Below are positions 37,341-50,879 of a DNA stretch of 64,000 bases, in pieces (position 1 is the first letter of the stretch; every line of letters begins with the position of its first letter). Source of the stretch: Camelus ferus. Lineage: Eukaryota. The translations under genes and the position numbers were made by a program. The notes under the pieces were generated by a model. That model was given only the letters and a program-made list of their open reading frames with translations, did no database searches and was not told where the DNA came from. The stretch is taken from assembly GCF_009834535.1 (NCBI RefSeq), contig NC_045697.1, positions 36,892,001 through 36,956,000 on the forward strand. Direction: 5' to 3'.

Positions 37341-38149
37341 ACGTCAATTTTCTAAACTATAATACTACAATTAAGGCACAATCAAGAAGCAAAGTAAACA
37401 AAAGTATAAACGAAAATAAGCTTTTGCAAAGTAAATGTCGTAAAATCTATTTATTGAAGCTGAAGCATCTTATTTGCTTGTGAGCTCCTCAGGCTCTTAC
37501 AAAGAACCTACTAAAAGGCTGAGGTTTCCTGTTTTATTGTCTTTCAAGCACTTACCACTATTCGTAATTACTTTACTGCTTTCTATCTTTTAAGTCCACA
37601 AGAGGAAACACATAACCTCTAAACAGTATCTAAATGGCATCTAAAACAGTAACAAGCCCACAGTGCAGCTTCAGAAACATTAACTGATTCAATGAATAAG
37701 TAACTTCCGGAGAATGGCACATTAGCAGCATAAAGAAATGGCAGCTAAAACCAGCAATTTCATAAGACAAATATGCTTATATTCCAAGAGTATCAACTTT
37801 ATTCAATAAGTCATTTTAAACTTTTCTATTGAAACAAATGTACATTATGTAATAGAATGTATAAGTCAAATGTGCGTCTGAGATATAATACAAGACTTCA
37901 AATATATTTTGTAATTGCAAGTGGTTGCTTCATATTTCTAGACCCAAAGGACACATATTTATTGTTTTTTGTTATAAGAGACACTTCATGAAAATTATGA
38001 CAAGTACTTACAAACTCAAACTATCTCTGCATTCACCTACCCAATTCTCCAGATAGACTATATGTTCTTTGAGTATAGCATTAATATAAATCCTTCTATC
38101 ACTGGCACAGTATTTATATGTCAAAAATGTTTCTATAAAAAGAGAACAT

Positions 38150-38765
38150 TCAGACTTTCATTTTCAGCAAAGATGCAGCAACAGGCACCAGATTTACTCT
38201 CTGGCCTGAAACCACCAAAAAAACCCCACAAAAAACAAAAAACCCAAAACACATAAAACTTGACAATAAAAGACCAGAATTTCTGAGAGACCAGAAACAT
38301 ATGAGAAAGGTCCTATGATTTCCCAAGATTATTGATAAAAGAGAGCTTCCAGGTCACAGTGAATGAATGGAAGGAGAGCCTAGACAAAGCCTGGGGACTC
38401 TGTGAGTAAGGAGACAGAGCTCAGACTGAGGAAACTAGGGCAGCTAGAAGCACAGGACACAGTACCAGAGAAAAGATGCTGCAAAGAACTCCAAAGATCT
38501 TCAAATAGTCACTACTGAATACTGAGGTCAGTACTGAGAAGCACATGCAGGTAAGGAAACTACCAGGGTGGAACAAAGAACTACTAGAAAGGATTAGAGG
38601 TAAGAGTGTCCAAAACTCACAAAGATCTAGCACAATGCCTCTTCCCATCAGCCAGACTAGTAAACATCAAAATTAACAGGCCACTGAGTAGAGTATCCAG
38701 GCAGGTCTTGCCTCACTAGTGGGAAATAGATAGCCCTAAACTAAACACTGCTCTAGTTCTTTAAG
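38150..38765 (+). mobile_element. Old L1 5' region fragment (L1MC/MD-like)
   Basis: Resembles old mammalian L1 5' UTR consensus and adjoins L1 ORF2 remnants. Confidence 0.45.
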
Positions 38766-38769
38766 AAGT

Positions 38770-39306
38770 AGAAAATTACCTTATGACCCCACACTCCAAG
38801 GTATATACCCAAAAGAATTGAAAACAAGTATCAGACAATACATGTACACCCATGTTCATAGCAGCACTAGTCATCTTTTGGAGGGGAAGAGCCTAAACCT
38901 CCATCAACGGATAATGGATAAACAAATTCTGACACATGCACATAATGGAATATTATTCAACCATAAAAAATAATGAAGTATTGATACATGTTACAACACG
39001 GAAGAACCTTGAAAACATGCTAAGTGAAAGGAGCCAGAAACAAAAGGTCCTGTATTGTATGATTCCATTCATATGAAATTACCAGGATAGATAAATCCTT
39101 AGAGAGAGAACACAGAGTAGTGGTAGCTAGAGGGAAAGGGTAATGGGGAGAAACTGCTTAATGGATAAGTTTTACTTTGGAGTGATGAAAATGTTTTGGA
39201 CCTAGACAGAGGTGATAGTTGTACAACACTGTGAATGTACTAAATGCCACTGAATTGTTCACTTAATAAAGGTTAATTTTTGTTACATAAATTTCACCTC
39301 AATAAA
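38770..39306 (+). mobile_element. L1MB-like 3' end fragment
   Basis: ORF2 end (catgttcatagcagcact, aatggaatattattca) and a 3' UTR ending taaatttcacctcaataaa. Confidence 0.8.
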
Positions 39307-39319
39307 TTATTACCTATCA

Positions 39320-42300
39320 AGGTCAATCCATGAAGTAGACAAAATCTGAAAGTTTATGCACCTAATTACAATGTCAAAATATATGAAACAAAAACGGCAA
39401 GAATAGACAAACCCACGATTACATAATTACAGTCAGAGATTTTAATACACCTTTCTTGATAATTGATAGTACCAGACAGAAAACCAGTAAGAATACAGAT
39501 GATTTGAACATAGTTAACCAACTTGACCTAGTTGACATTAAAAAAAAAAAAAACACCCACTCAAAAAGAGAAGAATACACATTCTTTACAAGTGCACAAG
39601 GATCACTTATCAAGACAGTTCATATTCTGGGTAATAAAATAGGTCTTAATAAATTTAAAATTCAAAACACACACAGTTTTATCTAACCCAAATGAACTTA
39701 AATTAAAAATCAGTAACAGAAAGATCTCTACAAAATCTCCCAAATATTTGGAAGCTAAATAAAATATTTCCAAATAATGCACTAGTAGAAAAAAAAAAAA
39801 GTGATATGAAAATAAAATGAATTGAATGAAAATTAAAACACAACATATCAAATTCAGGGCAATACAACTAAAGCAGTATTCAGGAAGGAAATTTACAACA
39901 CTAAACCCCAGAAGAGAAGCCTCAAATCAATGACCTTTCGCTTCCACTTTAAAAAAACTAGAAAAAGAAGAACAAATTAAATCCATAGTTAAGGAGAAGA
40001 AAGGAGAGAATAAAAGGCAGAGTGAAACCAATGAAATATAAAATATTAAATTGATAAAAATAATGAAGCCAAAAGCTGATCTCTGAGATGATTAATAAAA
40101 CTGATAAACCTCTAGCCAGACTAGTTAAAAAAAAAGAGAGAGAGAGAGGAACAAGGGATAAATTAACAATTTTAGGAATGTGAGAGGTGGTATCACTAGA
40201 GATTTTACAAATAGTAAAAAAAAAAAAAAAAAAAAAAAAATTAATGAATTTTATGAATTTTATGAATTTTATGAAAATTCAACCACTTAGATAAAATGGA
40301 CAAGTCCCTTGAAAAAAACAGAAACAGAAGCTCAAACAAGATAAAATAACAACCTGAAAAGTCCTGCATCCATTAAAGAAACTGAATTTATAGTTTAAAA
40401 AATTCTAACAAAGAAAACTCCAGGTCCAGATGGCTTAACTGTTGAATTCTTCCAAAACATAAGAAAGAAATAATGCATATTCTGCAGAAACTCCTTTAGA
40501 AAACTGAAGAGGCGAGAACACTTCTCAACTCATTTTGTGAGGCTATCACTACCCTGATGCCAAAATCAGACATTACAAGAAGACTTAATAAAAATATCCC
40601 TCATGAACACATGTGTAAAACTTCTAAACAAATTTATTATCAAATCCAACACAAATATTAAAATAGACATGACATGATCAAGTAAGGTTCATTCCAGGAA
40701 TGTAAGGTTGGTTTAGCATCCAAAAATTCAATCAATTCCATGTATTTCTAAATTAAAAACAAAAACAAAAACACATATAACTATCTCAAAAAAAGCAGAA
40801 AAGATATTTAACAAAATTCAACATCTATTCCTGATAAAACTCTCTACAAACTAGTAGAATAAAACTTCCTCAAGAATAAAGGGCATCTACAAAAACCCTA
40901 CAGTTAATATACGGAATGATGAAAATGTGAACATGTTCTCTCTAGTATCAGGAGTCCCTATTGGCCATTTGTATGTCTTCATTGGAGAATTGGTTGTTTA
41001 GGTCTTCTGCCCATTTTTAGGTCAGGCTGTTTGGGTTTTTTTGTTATTAAGTTGTATGAGCTGTTCATATATTCTGGAAATAATATTTGCATCATTTGCA
41101 AATATTTTCTCCCATTCCATAAGTTGTTGTTTTGTTTTGCTTATGGTCTCCTTGCTGTGCAAAAGCTTGTAAGTTTAATTAGGTACCATTTGTTTATTTT
41201 TGCTTTTATTTCTATTGCCTGGGTAGATTGCCCTAGGAGATCATTGCTAAGATTTATGTCAGAAAATGTTTTGCCTATGTTTTCTTCTAGGAGCTTATAG
41301 TGTCTTGTTTTATACTTAAGTTTTTAAGCCACTTTGAGTTTATTTTTGTGTTCTCACTACTTCTAATCAATGTTTCTGGAGATTCTAGTCAGTGTGGTAA
41401 GGCATGGGAAAGCAACAACAACAAAAAATCCAGATTAGAAAGAAGTAATACCATCCTCATTGCAGATGACACGACTATCTATAAAAAATTTCAATATTCT
41501 ACAAAAAAGGTAACAGAAATAATAGATGAGTTTAGCAGAGCTATACCCTAGCATGGAAAAATAAATAATTGAAATTTTAACAATACATACCATTTAAAAT
41601 AACATAAAAATACTTATGGATAAATCTAACAAAAGATATATAAGACATGTACACTAAAAACTACAAAACACTGCTCAGAAAAAAACTTTAAAGATATAAG
41701 TAAACAGAGAGATATCATTTCCTGGGTCAGAAGATAAAATATTTTTAAGATGCCAATTTCCCCAAACTGATCCATAGATTCAATGCAATCCAAACTAGTC
41801 TCAAAAGGATTTCTTTTGTAAAAAGTGAAAAGCTGATTCTAAAATTTATATGGAATACAAATGACCTAGAAAAGAAAACTTCTTTGAAAAAGGAGTAAAA
41901 GGAGAACTAACACTACCCAATTATAAGACATATTACAAAACTTATTACTCAAGACAGTGTGGTACTGGTATCAAGATTGACAAAAAGATCAGCAGAAGAG
42001 AAGAGAGCCAAGAAATAGGTGCATATACACACTGACAACTAATTTCCAACAAAGGTACAAAGGCAATTTAGTAAAGAATAATCTTTCTAACAAATATTAT
42101 TGGAACAACTGAATAACTATATACAAAGAGAAAAAGAAAAAGAACTTCAATCCCTACACTGTACCATATAAAAAGCTTAAATCTAAATGAATCATAGACC
42201 TAACTGTATAAACCTATAAAACTGCTAGAAGAAACAAAGGAAAAAAAAAATCTTTGTATCCAGGCTTAGGAAACTAAGGTGTAACACTAGGTGTAACACT

Positions 42301-43330
42301 AATAGCACAGTGAATAAAAGGACAAATGGATAAACTGGATTAATTAAAATTAAAAACATCTTCTCTTGAAAAGACTTAGGGGATGAAAAGACAAGCTATT
42401 GTTGGGAGAAATCTTTTCAAAGCATACACTTATTTCCAGAATATATAAAGAATTCTCAAAACTAAACGATAAGAAAACTCAGTTAAAAAACAGGCAAAAA
42501 GGTTTAAACAGCCCACTTTATCAAAGAAAATATACGAATGGCAAATACACCTGAGAAAATGCTCACATCATTAATTATTAGGGAAATGAAAAATAAAACC
42601 ATAATCATAACATTACATACACATTAGAATGACTAAAATTAAAAAGGCAAACCACACTAAATGCTGAAAAGGATGCAGCAAAACAGACTACCACACACTG
42701 CTCGTGGGAATCTTGCAGTAAAATAATAGCACCACTCCAGCAGTATTTCAGTTTCTTAAAAAATTAAACATTTACATACCCAAATGATCAAGCCACTCCG
42801 TTCTTGGGAATTTTTACTCAACAGAAAAGAAAGTATATGTCTATCAAAAGACTTAAGAATATTCACAGCAGCTTTATTTATATAGATCAAAACTGGAAAC
42901 AATATAAAAGTCCATCAATAGGTAAATGGATAAACAAATATGATATATCCATATGAGAACATTATACACATTAAAAGGAAATTAATTATTGATCACTACT
43001 GATACAACGACATGGATAAATCTCACAATAATTATGAGTAAAAGACAAAAACAAACAAACAAAACCCCATACTGTATGGTTCCATTTATATAAGACTCTA
43101 AAAAATACAACTGAATCCATAGTGCCAAAATGCACATCAGCAATTGCCTGGAAGGGGAAGAAAGATTACAGAGACACAGGGAGTTTTGAGCGGTGATGAA
43201 TGCATTCACTATCTTAATGTATACATGTATATATGTATTATGTGTAACAAAACTCATCAAGTGATAACACTTTAAGTATGTGCAGTTTATTGCATGTCAG
43301 TTACATCTCAAACTGCTAGAACCTAAATAA
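39320..43330 (+). mobile_element. Old L1 ORF2 remnant with 3' UTR, interrupted by an inverted L1 fragment
   Basis: Endonuclease-region peptide (YTFFTSAQGSLIKTVHILG), RT-region sequences (ccaggtccagatggcttaactgttgaattc; ttgcagatgac); many stops and frameshifts. Confidence 0.88.
40954..41351 (-). mobile_element. Inverted internal L1 ORF2 fragment, younger than its host, without poly(A) or TSD
   Basis: Typical antisense L1 text (ttggccatttgtatgtcttc...ttgctgtgcaaaagctt...tttgagtttatttttgtgt) embedded inside the plus-strand L1 ORF2. Confidence 0.85.
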
Positions 43331-43339
43331 AAATTTTAA

Positions 43340-45920
43340 AGAGACCACTAACAAGATATACTATATTCAAGGCCATAGAATAAAACAACACATTTTTCAA
43401 AAAAGAAATCACACGAAGTATGTTCTCTTAGACAACAGACTTAAACTAGAAATCAGTAACAGAAAGGTGTCTGGGAAATTCCCAAGTATTTAAACAACAC
43501 ATTTCTTTATAACACATAAATCAAAGAGGAAGTCTCAAGGAAAATTAGAAAATATTTTGAACTGAATAAAAGTAAAATATAGCATATAAAAATATGTAGG
43601 ATGCAGGTAAAGCAATGCTCTAGAGGGAAATGTTTAGCTTTATATACTTATATCAGAAAAAAAGAAAGCTCTCAACTCAATGACCTCTGCTTCTACCTTA
43701 AGAAACTAAAAAGAAAAAAAAAAGTAAATCAAATCCAAAGCAAGAAGAAGAAATAATAAAAATAAGAGCAAAAACAAATGAAATTGAAAATAAAAAAACA
43801 GTAGAGGAAAACCAGGCCTAAAGGAGTCCACTCTCACTTCTACTCCACATTTTACTGGAAATCTTACCTAGTGAAAAAAGAGAAAAAGAAACAAATGGTA
43901 TGCAGATTAGAAACCAAGAAGAAGGAGAAAAAAAAAAAACCAGTAAGGTTATTTATGTAAAAAACCCCACAAAATCTATAAAAACATTCCTGGAATACAA
44001 TAACATCACAGAGCACAATTTCAGTATACAAAAAATGACTTATTTTTTATGTACTAGCAATGAACAATGGGAAATCAAAATTTTAAAAATACCATTAATA
44101 GTGCCGAACACACACACAAACACATACAAAGTTAACAAAATATGATCTATATGCTACACAAAAAATTATGAATTACTGGTGAAAAAGAAATCACAGAAGA
44201 CCGAGATATGCCATATTCATTGTTTGGAAGATGTTGTTAAGATGTCAATTTTCCCCATATTGATCTATAATTCCAATCCAATCAAAATCCAAGTTTTTTT
44301 TTAAGATATTGACAAGCTCATTCTAAAATTTATACAGACAAATGAAAGAAATTAGAACATCCAAAACAATCTTGAGAAAGAATCAAGTTTGGAAAACTCA
44401 TCCTACCCGATTTCAAGACTTACTATAAAGTACTACTCTATACACACACACACTATATATCTATATATACACATATATAGATGTATATTATTTACAGTAC
44501 TTTTTAATAGGTACTACATTGCTATAGCATGTACATATACTATATACTATAAAGCTATAAAGTACTTACTATAAAGCTATAAAGTATTATAAACAAGATG
44601 ACGTGGTACTAAAACCAAAATGGATACACAGAAATCAATAGAACAGAGCAGAGTCCTGAAGCAGATGTACATAAATAGGCTTGATTGATTTTTTACAATG
44701 TACAATGGCAATTTAATGGAAAAGGATAGTCTTTTTACCAAATTGTGCTGGAAAACTTGGAGTTGTATGCAAAAAATGAACTTTGACCTATATCTCACAC
44801 ACTGAGTCACACAGTGACTCAAAATGAGTCATAGATTTAAAAGTAAAATGCAGAAGAGATCATCTGAGAAAAATCTTGTGACTGTAATTTAGGCAAAGAA
44901 TTCTTACATATGACACCAAATGCACAATCAATTTTTTAAAAATTGATAAATTGAACTTAATCAAAATCAAACTTTTGCCCTGCCAAAGATACTAAGAGAA
45001 TTAAAAGACAAACTATAGACTGGAAAAATATACTGGTAAATTATATATCTGACAAGGGATTTATATTCAGAACATATAAAGAACTCTCAAAATTCAACAG
45101 TAAGAAACAACTATTTAAAAATGGGTAAAATATTTGAATAAACACTTGAACAAAGAATATGTATAAATGGCAAATAAACACATTAAAAGGTCCTCAATGC
45201 CATCAGTCACAAAGGCAATGGAAATTAAAACCACAATAAGAAGCCATCACATCTATTAGAATGACTAAAATTTCTAAAACAAACAAATACCAAGTACCGG
45301 CAAGGACACTGAGCAACTATAATTCTTATAAATTGCCGGTAGGAATGCAAAATGATAGAACCATTTGGGAAAACCGTTTGGAAGTCTCTCATAAAATTAA
45401 GCATACACTTACCACAGGACCCAGCAACTCCATTCATAAAAATAGAACTTATGTTTATACAAAAATATACATGTGACAGTTCATAGCAGCTTTATTCAAA
45501 ATCACCAAAACTGGAAACAACGCAATCCTTCAATTGGCAAATGGATATGTTGTGATACAGCCATACAATGGAATATGACTCAGCAATGAAAAAGAATGAA
45601 CTATTGATACACAAAAGAGATGACTCTAAAAGTGATACTTGAATGAAAGAAGCCAGACTCAAGTGGCTACATACACTGTGTAATTCCATTTATATAACAT
45701 TCTAGAAAAAGGCAGAACTGTAGGGATAGAGAACAGATGAGTGTGGTTTAAGAGCTGAAGATTGTATGACTGCAAAGGGACAGAAAAAGGAAGTTTTTTG
45801 GAATGAAAACTGAAACGTATCTTGATTGTGGTGGTAGTTACACAATTCTATGCATCTATCAAAAATCACAGACTTATACATCAAAAAGTATGAATTTTAC
45901 TGTATATTAAATAATTTTCC
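43340..45920 (+). mobile_element. Second old L1 ORF2 remnant with 3' UTR (L1MC/ME-like)
   Basis: Repeats the ORF2 landmarks seen at 39.7-43 kb (ctagaaatcagtaacagaaag; gacaagctcattctaaaatttata; catagcagctttattc) and has internal deletions. Confidence 0.85.
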
Positions 45921-46279
45921 AAAAAGGCTAGGGTAATATTTTTAAAGGAAAAGGCAATCTGGAAGATCTAAAAATAATAAAGGGACAGATAAACAACAAG
46001 GTCTCCAGAACAAGACCCATCATAAAAAGGGGCACTCAGCTGGGGATGAATTTCAAAGGCAAGACAAAAACCTAGTTATCCAAACTATTGAATAGTGTCA
46101 GGAAGGTGAAAACGTTAAGCTGCATATTGAGTATGCCTTTGGTCCTGATTTAAATCTTAGAGTCTGAGACAATTATAACCATACAATAGGATTCCACATC
46201 ACAAATGAGGACAAAAAAGAGTTCAGAGGCTGACAATTAGGCCGAGTTTTAGTTTTTATTTATATTAGTACCTCTAAAT

Positions 46280-46739
46280 CAAAGGTTGTTAACATGGAAT
46301 ACCTAGATAGAATTCCAGGAGTCCACGAAAGTTGACAGAACAAAAATTCATCTTTAATCTCACTAACCTCTAATTGAAACGTAGTATATTCCCTTAGGCT
46401 GTGAATGTATGCAACTAAGTGTGGTACATTAAATAGGACCTGTATCTTTATCACTCATAGAAATCACAGATTTTTCCTATCACATCATATTGCCATGGAT
46501 CCCCTGCTATCTTATTTTGCATACATTAATAAAGAAATATTTATAAATTATATATCTGAGGGGTTTTAAATATTTTGATAACTATATATATTGGTTTCCT
46601 TTAACTCTACATATTGGATTTTACACATTAAAAATACATTAAACTTTTCCAAATACAAATAAAATATTATTCTACGAAAGGGTTCATAGGCTTCCCCAGA
46701 CAAAGGGGTCTATGATAAATAAAAAGCAAAAAATCCCTG
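46280..46739. mobile_element. hAT-Charlie non-autonomous DNA transposon (Charlie4a-like)
   Basis: Perfect 8-bp TSD ctctaaat at 46272-46279 and 46740-46747, degenerate termini ca...ccctg, and internal text resembling a Charlie consensus. Confidence 0.8.
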
Positions 46740-48057
46740 CTCTAAATTATCCTGCCCCCATCTTACAAAACACCATTTTTCAGGGCCTCTAAAATCCTTC
46801 ATAAATGAAGGGTCACTCTCTCCAATTACTTAATAGTTTACACCCATGACAGGGAAATGCAGTTTTTCAAGCAGTAATCATATTTGTTTAGGCTCACTGG
46901 ATAGTAGAGTCCATACAAAATTATATTATATATATACACAAAGAAAGACCTTAGACGTAATGCTACAAAGATGGATAAAATGTTCTTTCTGAAATTACAC
47001 ACTGGAATAACCTAAAAAAGTCAATCCACCTTATGTCTCAAAAAAAAAAAAAAAAAGGAATTTAAAGCATCTGAAAAATGATCTTGTTACTAAGAATATG
47101 TAGAGAAGGATAGGAAGTTTACTTTTGTTTTCTAAATCCTACACTGTGTACACATTGCAATATCTTGTTTACTCATTTAAAAAGTTTAAAATAAAAAAGG
47201 ATTTCAAAACCTCAAAAAGCAACAATAACTAGATCGCAAAGGTTTCTAAAGTAATAAAGCTCTCTGATACGCTGGCTTAAGTAATAGCAAATTGCCAACC
47301 AAATAAGTTATAGCAGTCATGTAAACAACAGAAATGGCCAAACAGTAGGAGGGAGTGAGGAGATCTAAACTACAAGAGCTATAAATTCAACTGTGGATGC
47401 AGAGACAACCAGATTTAAAAAAAAAAAGAAAGAAAACTATAATAGGAAGATGATCTGGTGAGAACTATGAGGGGAAAAAAAAAGAAACATTCTTAGAGCA
47501 AAGTAAATATTACAATAAATATTACAAAAGTAATTCTATTACAAAGGCAATATCTACTTCCTATCAATAAAATGTACTAGTTAAAAAATTTTTCAGTAGA
47601 AATATATATCTTATTTTATAGCAACAACAAAGGACAAACAGAATTTGCTGTTCAATATTTCTTATAATTATTTGATGACAAAATAAAATGTATCCACATA
47701 AATCTATTCATTCACTTTCAATTTAACAATATTTAATTTTTATACATAAAATTACCATAATTTTAAAAAACTTTTTAACACAAATATAACATTCAATCTA
47801 TACTAGTTTGCCGTATCTATCCATATCTTGAAAAACTGTTCCTATAAGCAGTCAAAATTATGACTCTTTAGATCATTTTTTCTGTATAGGATCATTATAT
47901 AATCACCATGGGAAACTTATAAAATACAAAAACTTTTCTTTAAAAAAAAAACAAAAAACAGAATTCCCCATAATCTCACCAACTAAAAATAAGCATTATT
48001 ACCATTTGATTTCTTCTACTGGTACTCTTCTTATATCAGTAATAATGCTATTAATCA

Positions 48058-48270
48058 ATATTTATTATACACTTGCTTTGAGCTCTTTAGCTACAAGCTT
48101 TACAAATACTATTTCATTTTATCCTTACAACAATCCTATTCAAATAAGGAGGTAAATACTGCCATTTTACAGATATGTCAACAAGAGTTTAAAGAGGTTA
48201 GGAAACATGCCTAGGGTCACAGAGGTAAGTTGTTAGACCTGAACCCAACATTCTCAATCACTATACCATA
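48058..48270 (-). mobile_element. MIR SINE
   Basis: atccttacaacaatcct...ccattttacagat...agaggttagg...gggtcacagag. Confidence 0.75.
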
Positions 48271-48530
48271 CCACCATTAATGTACATATAGAGAATGCTG
48301 TATTCTACTCTAACATAATATCCTTTGTCATAAAAATTATAAATATAATTTTAGATGGCTATTTAATATAATAGCATGTGACATAATTTACTTATTCACT
48401 CCTCTACTGGATCAAATTATTTTTGCAAAGTATTTAGGATAGTGTGAGTCATTTAATATGAAAATAAAAACTAGATAAACCCAAGATTTGGCTTGTCTAC
48501 TTCTAAATTTAAATTAAAATATATAATTCA

Positions 48531-48692
<162 letters not shown>

Positions 48693-48839
48693 CTAAAGAA
48701 AAATTTTAAGAAATAACAACACTGCAATATTAATGTCAATAAACATGTCTCATTAGCATAAATTTTTTTCTAATTTGTTAGTAAAAGATTTTAGTTTTGA
48801 GGCATATAAACAATACCTAAATAATTGACAGACACTCAC

Positions 48840-48894
48840 TTTTCCAGTTAATGAAGAAGGAAATTCTGATTCAAATTTGTTGCTCAGTCCAAAT
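48840..48894 (-). CDS. CHIC2: CHIC2 coding exon 2 (55 nt; first nt completes the previous codon, then FGLSNKFESEFPSSLTGK)
   Basis: Minus-strand acceptor ...aaatag (plus ct 48895-48896) and donor GTGAGT (plus actcac 48834-48839). Translation matches CHIC2 as I recall it and joins exon 3 in frame. Confidence 0.95.
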
Positions 48895-49634
48895 CTATTT
48901 TTTAAAAAAGAAGAAAAACAGGTTATTACATGTCATTTTTGCCAAAATATACCATTTAACTTAATCAAAGGATAAGTAAATAGAGTGCAGCTTCCTATAC
49001 AGAATATGGAAGTTTGAGACACAAACATTGTAATCAGCAATTTATGAAATATAGTAAGCAATTTTAGCAGCTGAATCAAAACTGATATAGGAGGCTGAGA
49101 ACACAGAAAGAAATTACTTCTTTGGTGCTATGTTTGTGAGCCAAATATTAATGTAATGGAAAAACAACACATCTGTCAAATTTTGTCAAAATTACCAAGC
49201 TTCTGCCAATTTAGTAATATAAAGCCAAAATCTCTGCTATTGATCATTCTTTAGGTCAAGAGCATTTGTTAACACTCAATAATGTGGTAACATGTAGATC
49301 AGTATATCTACACTGCTATCACAGCTAGAGAATGCTAAAAAACACCTGGAACAATGTGATAGCTGGCCTGGCTGCTTAAACTTTCAAATACCAAGACATT
49401 TGCTAGACATAGCCCCAAAGAAATGGAACTAAGGTAGTGCATTTTAGCATTTTTAACCTTTTAAATGTCTGCAAAGATCATGAGAATTGACTGGGCACTT
49501 GACTACTTCTTTGCATAAGTTATTAGGAAGGAATAAAACATTCATATACACACATTGGTAATACCAGATCGCACCCTGGAAATAAAACTGAAATGCTTTT
49601 ATATGATGACTTTTATTCAATCCTAGAGCCAAAA

Positions 49635-49842
49635 TTTCTTTTCCAGTTTTATTGAGATATACTTGATATTTAACTTTGTATTAATTTAAGGTGTACAACA
49701 TAGTGATTTGATACATGCATATATCCTGAAATGATTACAAGTTTAGTTAACATCCATCACCTCATACAGTTACAAATTTTTTTTTCTGTAAAGAAAACAA
49801 GAGTCTCTCTCTAAGCAACCCTTAAATACACAATACTGCACC
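49635..49842 (-). mobile_element. L1MA9/10-like 3' end
   Basis: ttttattgagatata...tttaaggtgtacaaca...gtttagttaacatccatcacctca is an antisense L1MA 3' UTR. Confidence 0.75.
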
Positions 49843-49904
49843 TTAGGTAGCTGGCACTGGTAACGGGGATCCCCTGAGATATTGTACATGAAACAGTTGG
49901 CCAG

Positions 49905-50225
49905 GTCAGCGGTTTCTAACTCAATCATTAGTGAAGTGGGGGGAAATCAAATAAGGTAGGCTGTGTGAAGGCAGTAAGAGTGATGGAGCCTGACCAAGTG
50001 GAGGCCATACAGTTTGAGTGTATGTGTGTGTGTGCAGTGTCATGGCCAGATCCAGCTGATTACTGTCACACTAAAATGCAGGTCCACCTTTGACAGATTA
50101 TATAATTTTTTTTGTTTGTTTCTAAGAGGAGCTGGAAAACCAGATTTTTATGCAAAATAGAAAAAATACCTTTAAAATACTGTGCAAGTCAATCACAACA
50201 CTTCTGTGAGTCAGGCTGTTGTTTA
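49905..50225. mobile_element. Degenerate hAT-Charlie element (MER102-like)
   Basis: gctggaaaaccagatttttatgcaaaat...aaaatactgtgcaagtcaatcacaacac resembles the MER102 body. Confidence 0.4.
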
Positions 50226-50879
50226 CATCATGATCTAGACTTCCCTACAACATGCAAATGGACCATCTGAGACCATTTTATTATCATCTTAAAGTACCCT
50301 CAAAAATTATTTAATAGCAGCATTGAAATAACATTAATGTCTTTATAAACAATGGATATTATTTATGAAAAAGATGACAATGTAACCACCTAGATTCAAG
50401 CCGAAGTTCTTTTCACACTACACATAAACTGGCAAGCATTACTGTTTACTATGATTCTGGCATTAATGACATTCTCTTTCTAAGACTGGAAGACTCTAAG
50501 TTAACCCAATTTTTTTATCTGGGGGCCTCAGAGCAATGTGGTTGCACTTGAAAATGCCCCTACAGATAACTCACCTCCAACCTTCGAGGTCTTTATATAA
50601 TTTGAGGTAATTTTGAATGTTCTTATAATATATACCCGGTACAACTTTGCAAAGGGACTGCAACTTTACACTTAAATATAAATGGAATCTTGAAATTGGC
50701 TTGTTTTACTCATATCCCACCTACTTCCATTTCACTGTGACCTCATTCCTAAATCTACAGCCAACATTCAAAAAGTAAGCCATGTTAATCTGTTACCCTG
50801 CACTCTTATCTTCATCCAACTCAAAACTTCCCTTTCCTGACAGATCCTTCCTCTTCCAAACCCCCTTTAATATTTAACT

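Noticed and set aside
40243..44595. Short tandem duplications (atgaatttt x3-4 at ~40244, aggtgtaacact x2 at 42277-42300, ctataaag repeats at ~44420-44590)
   Set aside because: Ordinary slippage inside decayed L1. There is no repeat-spacer structure, so it is not CRISPR-like.
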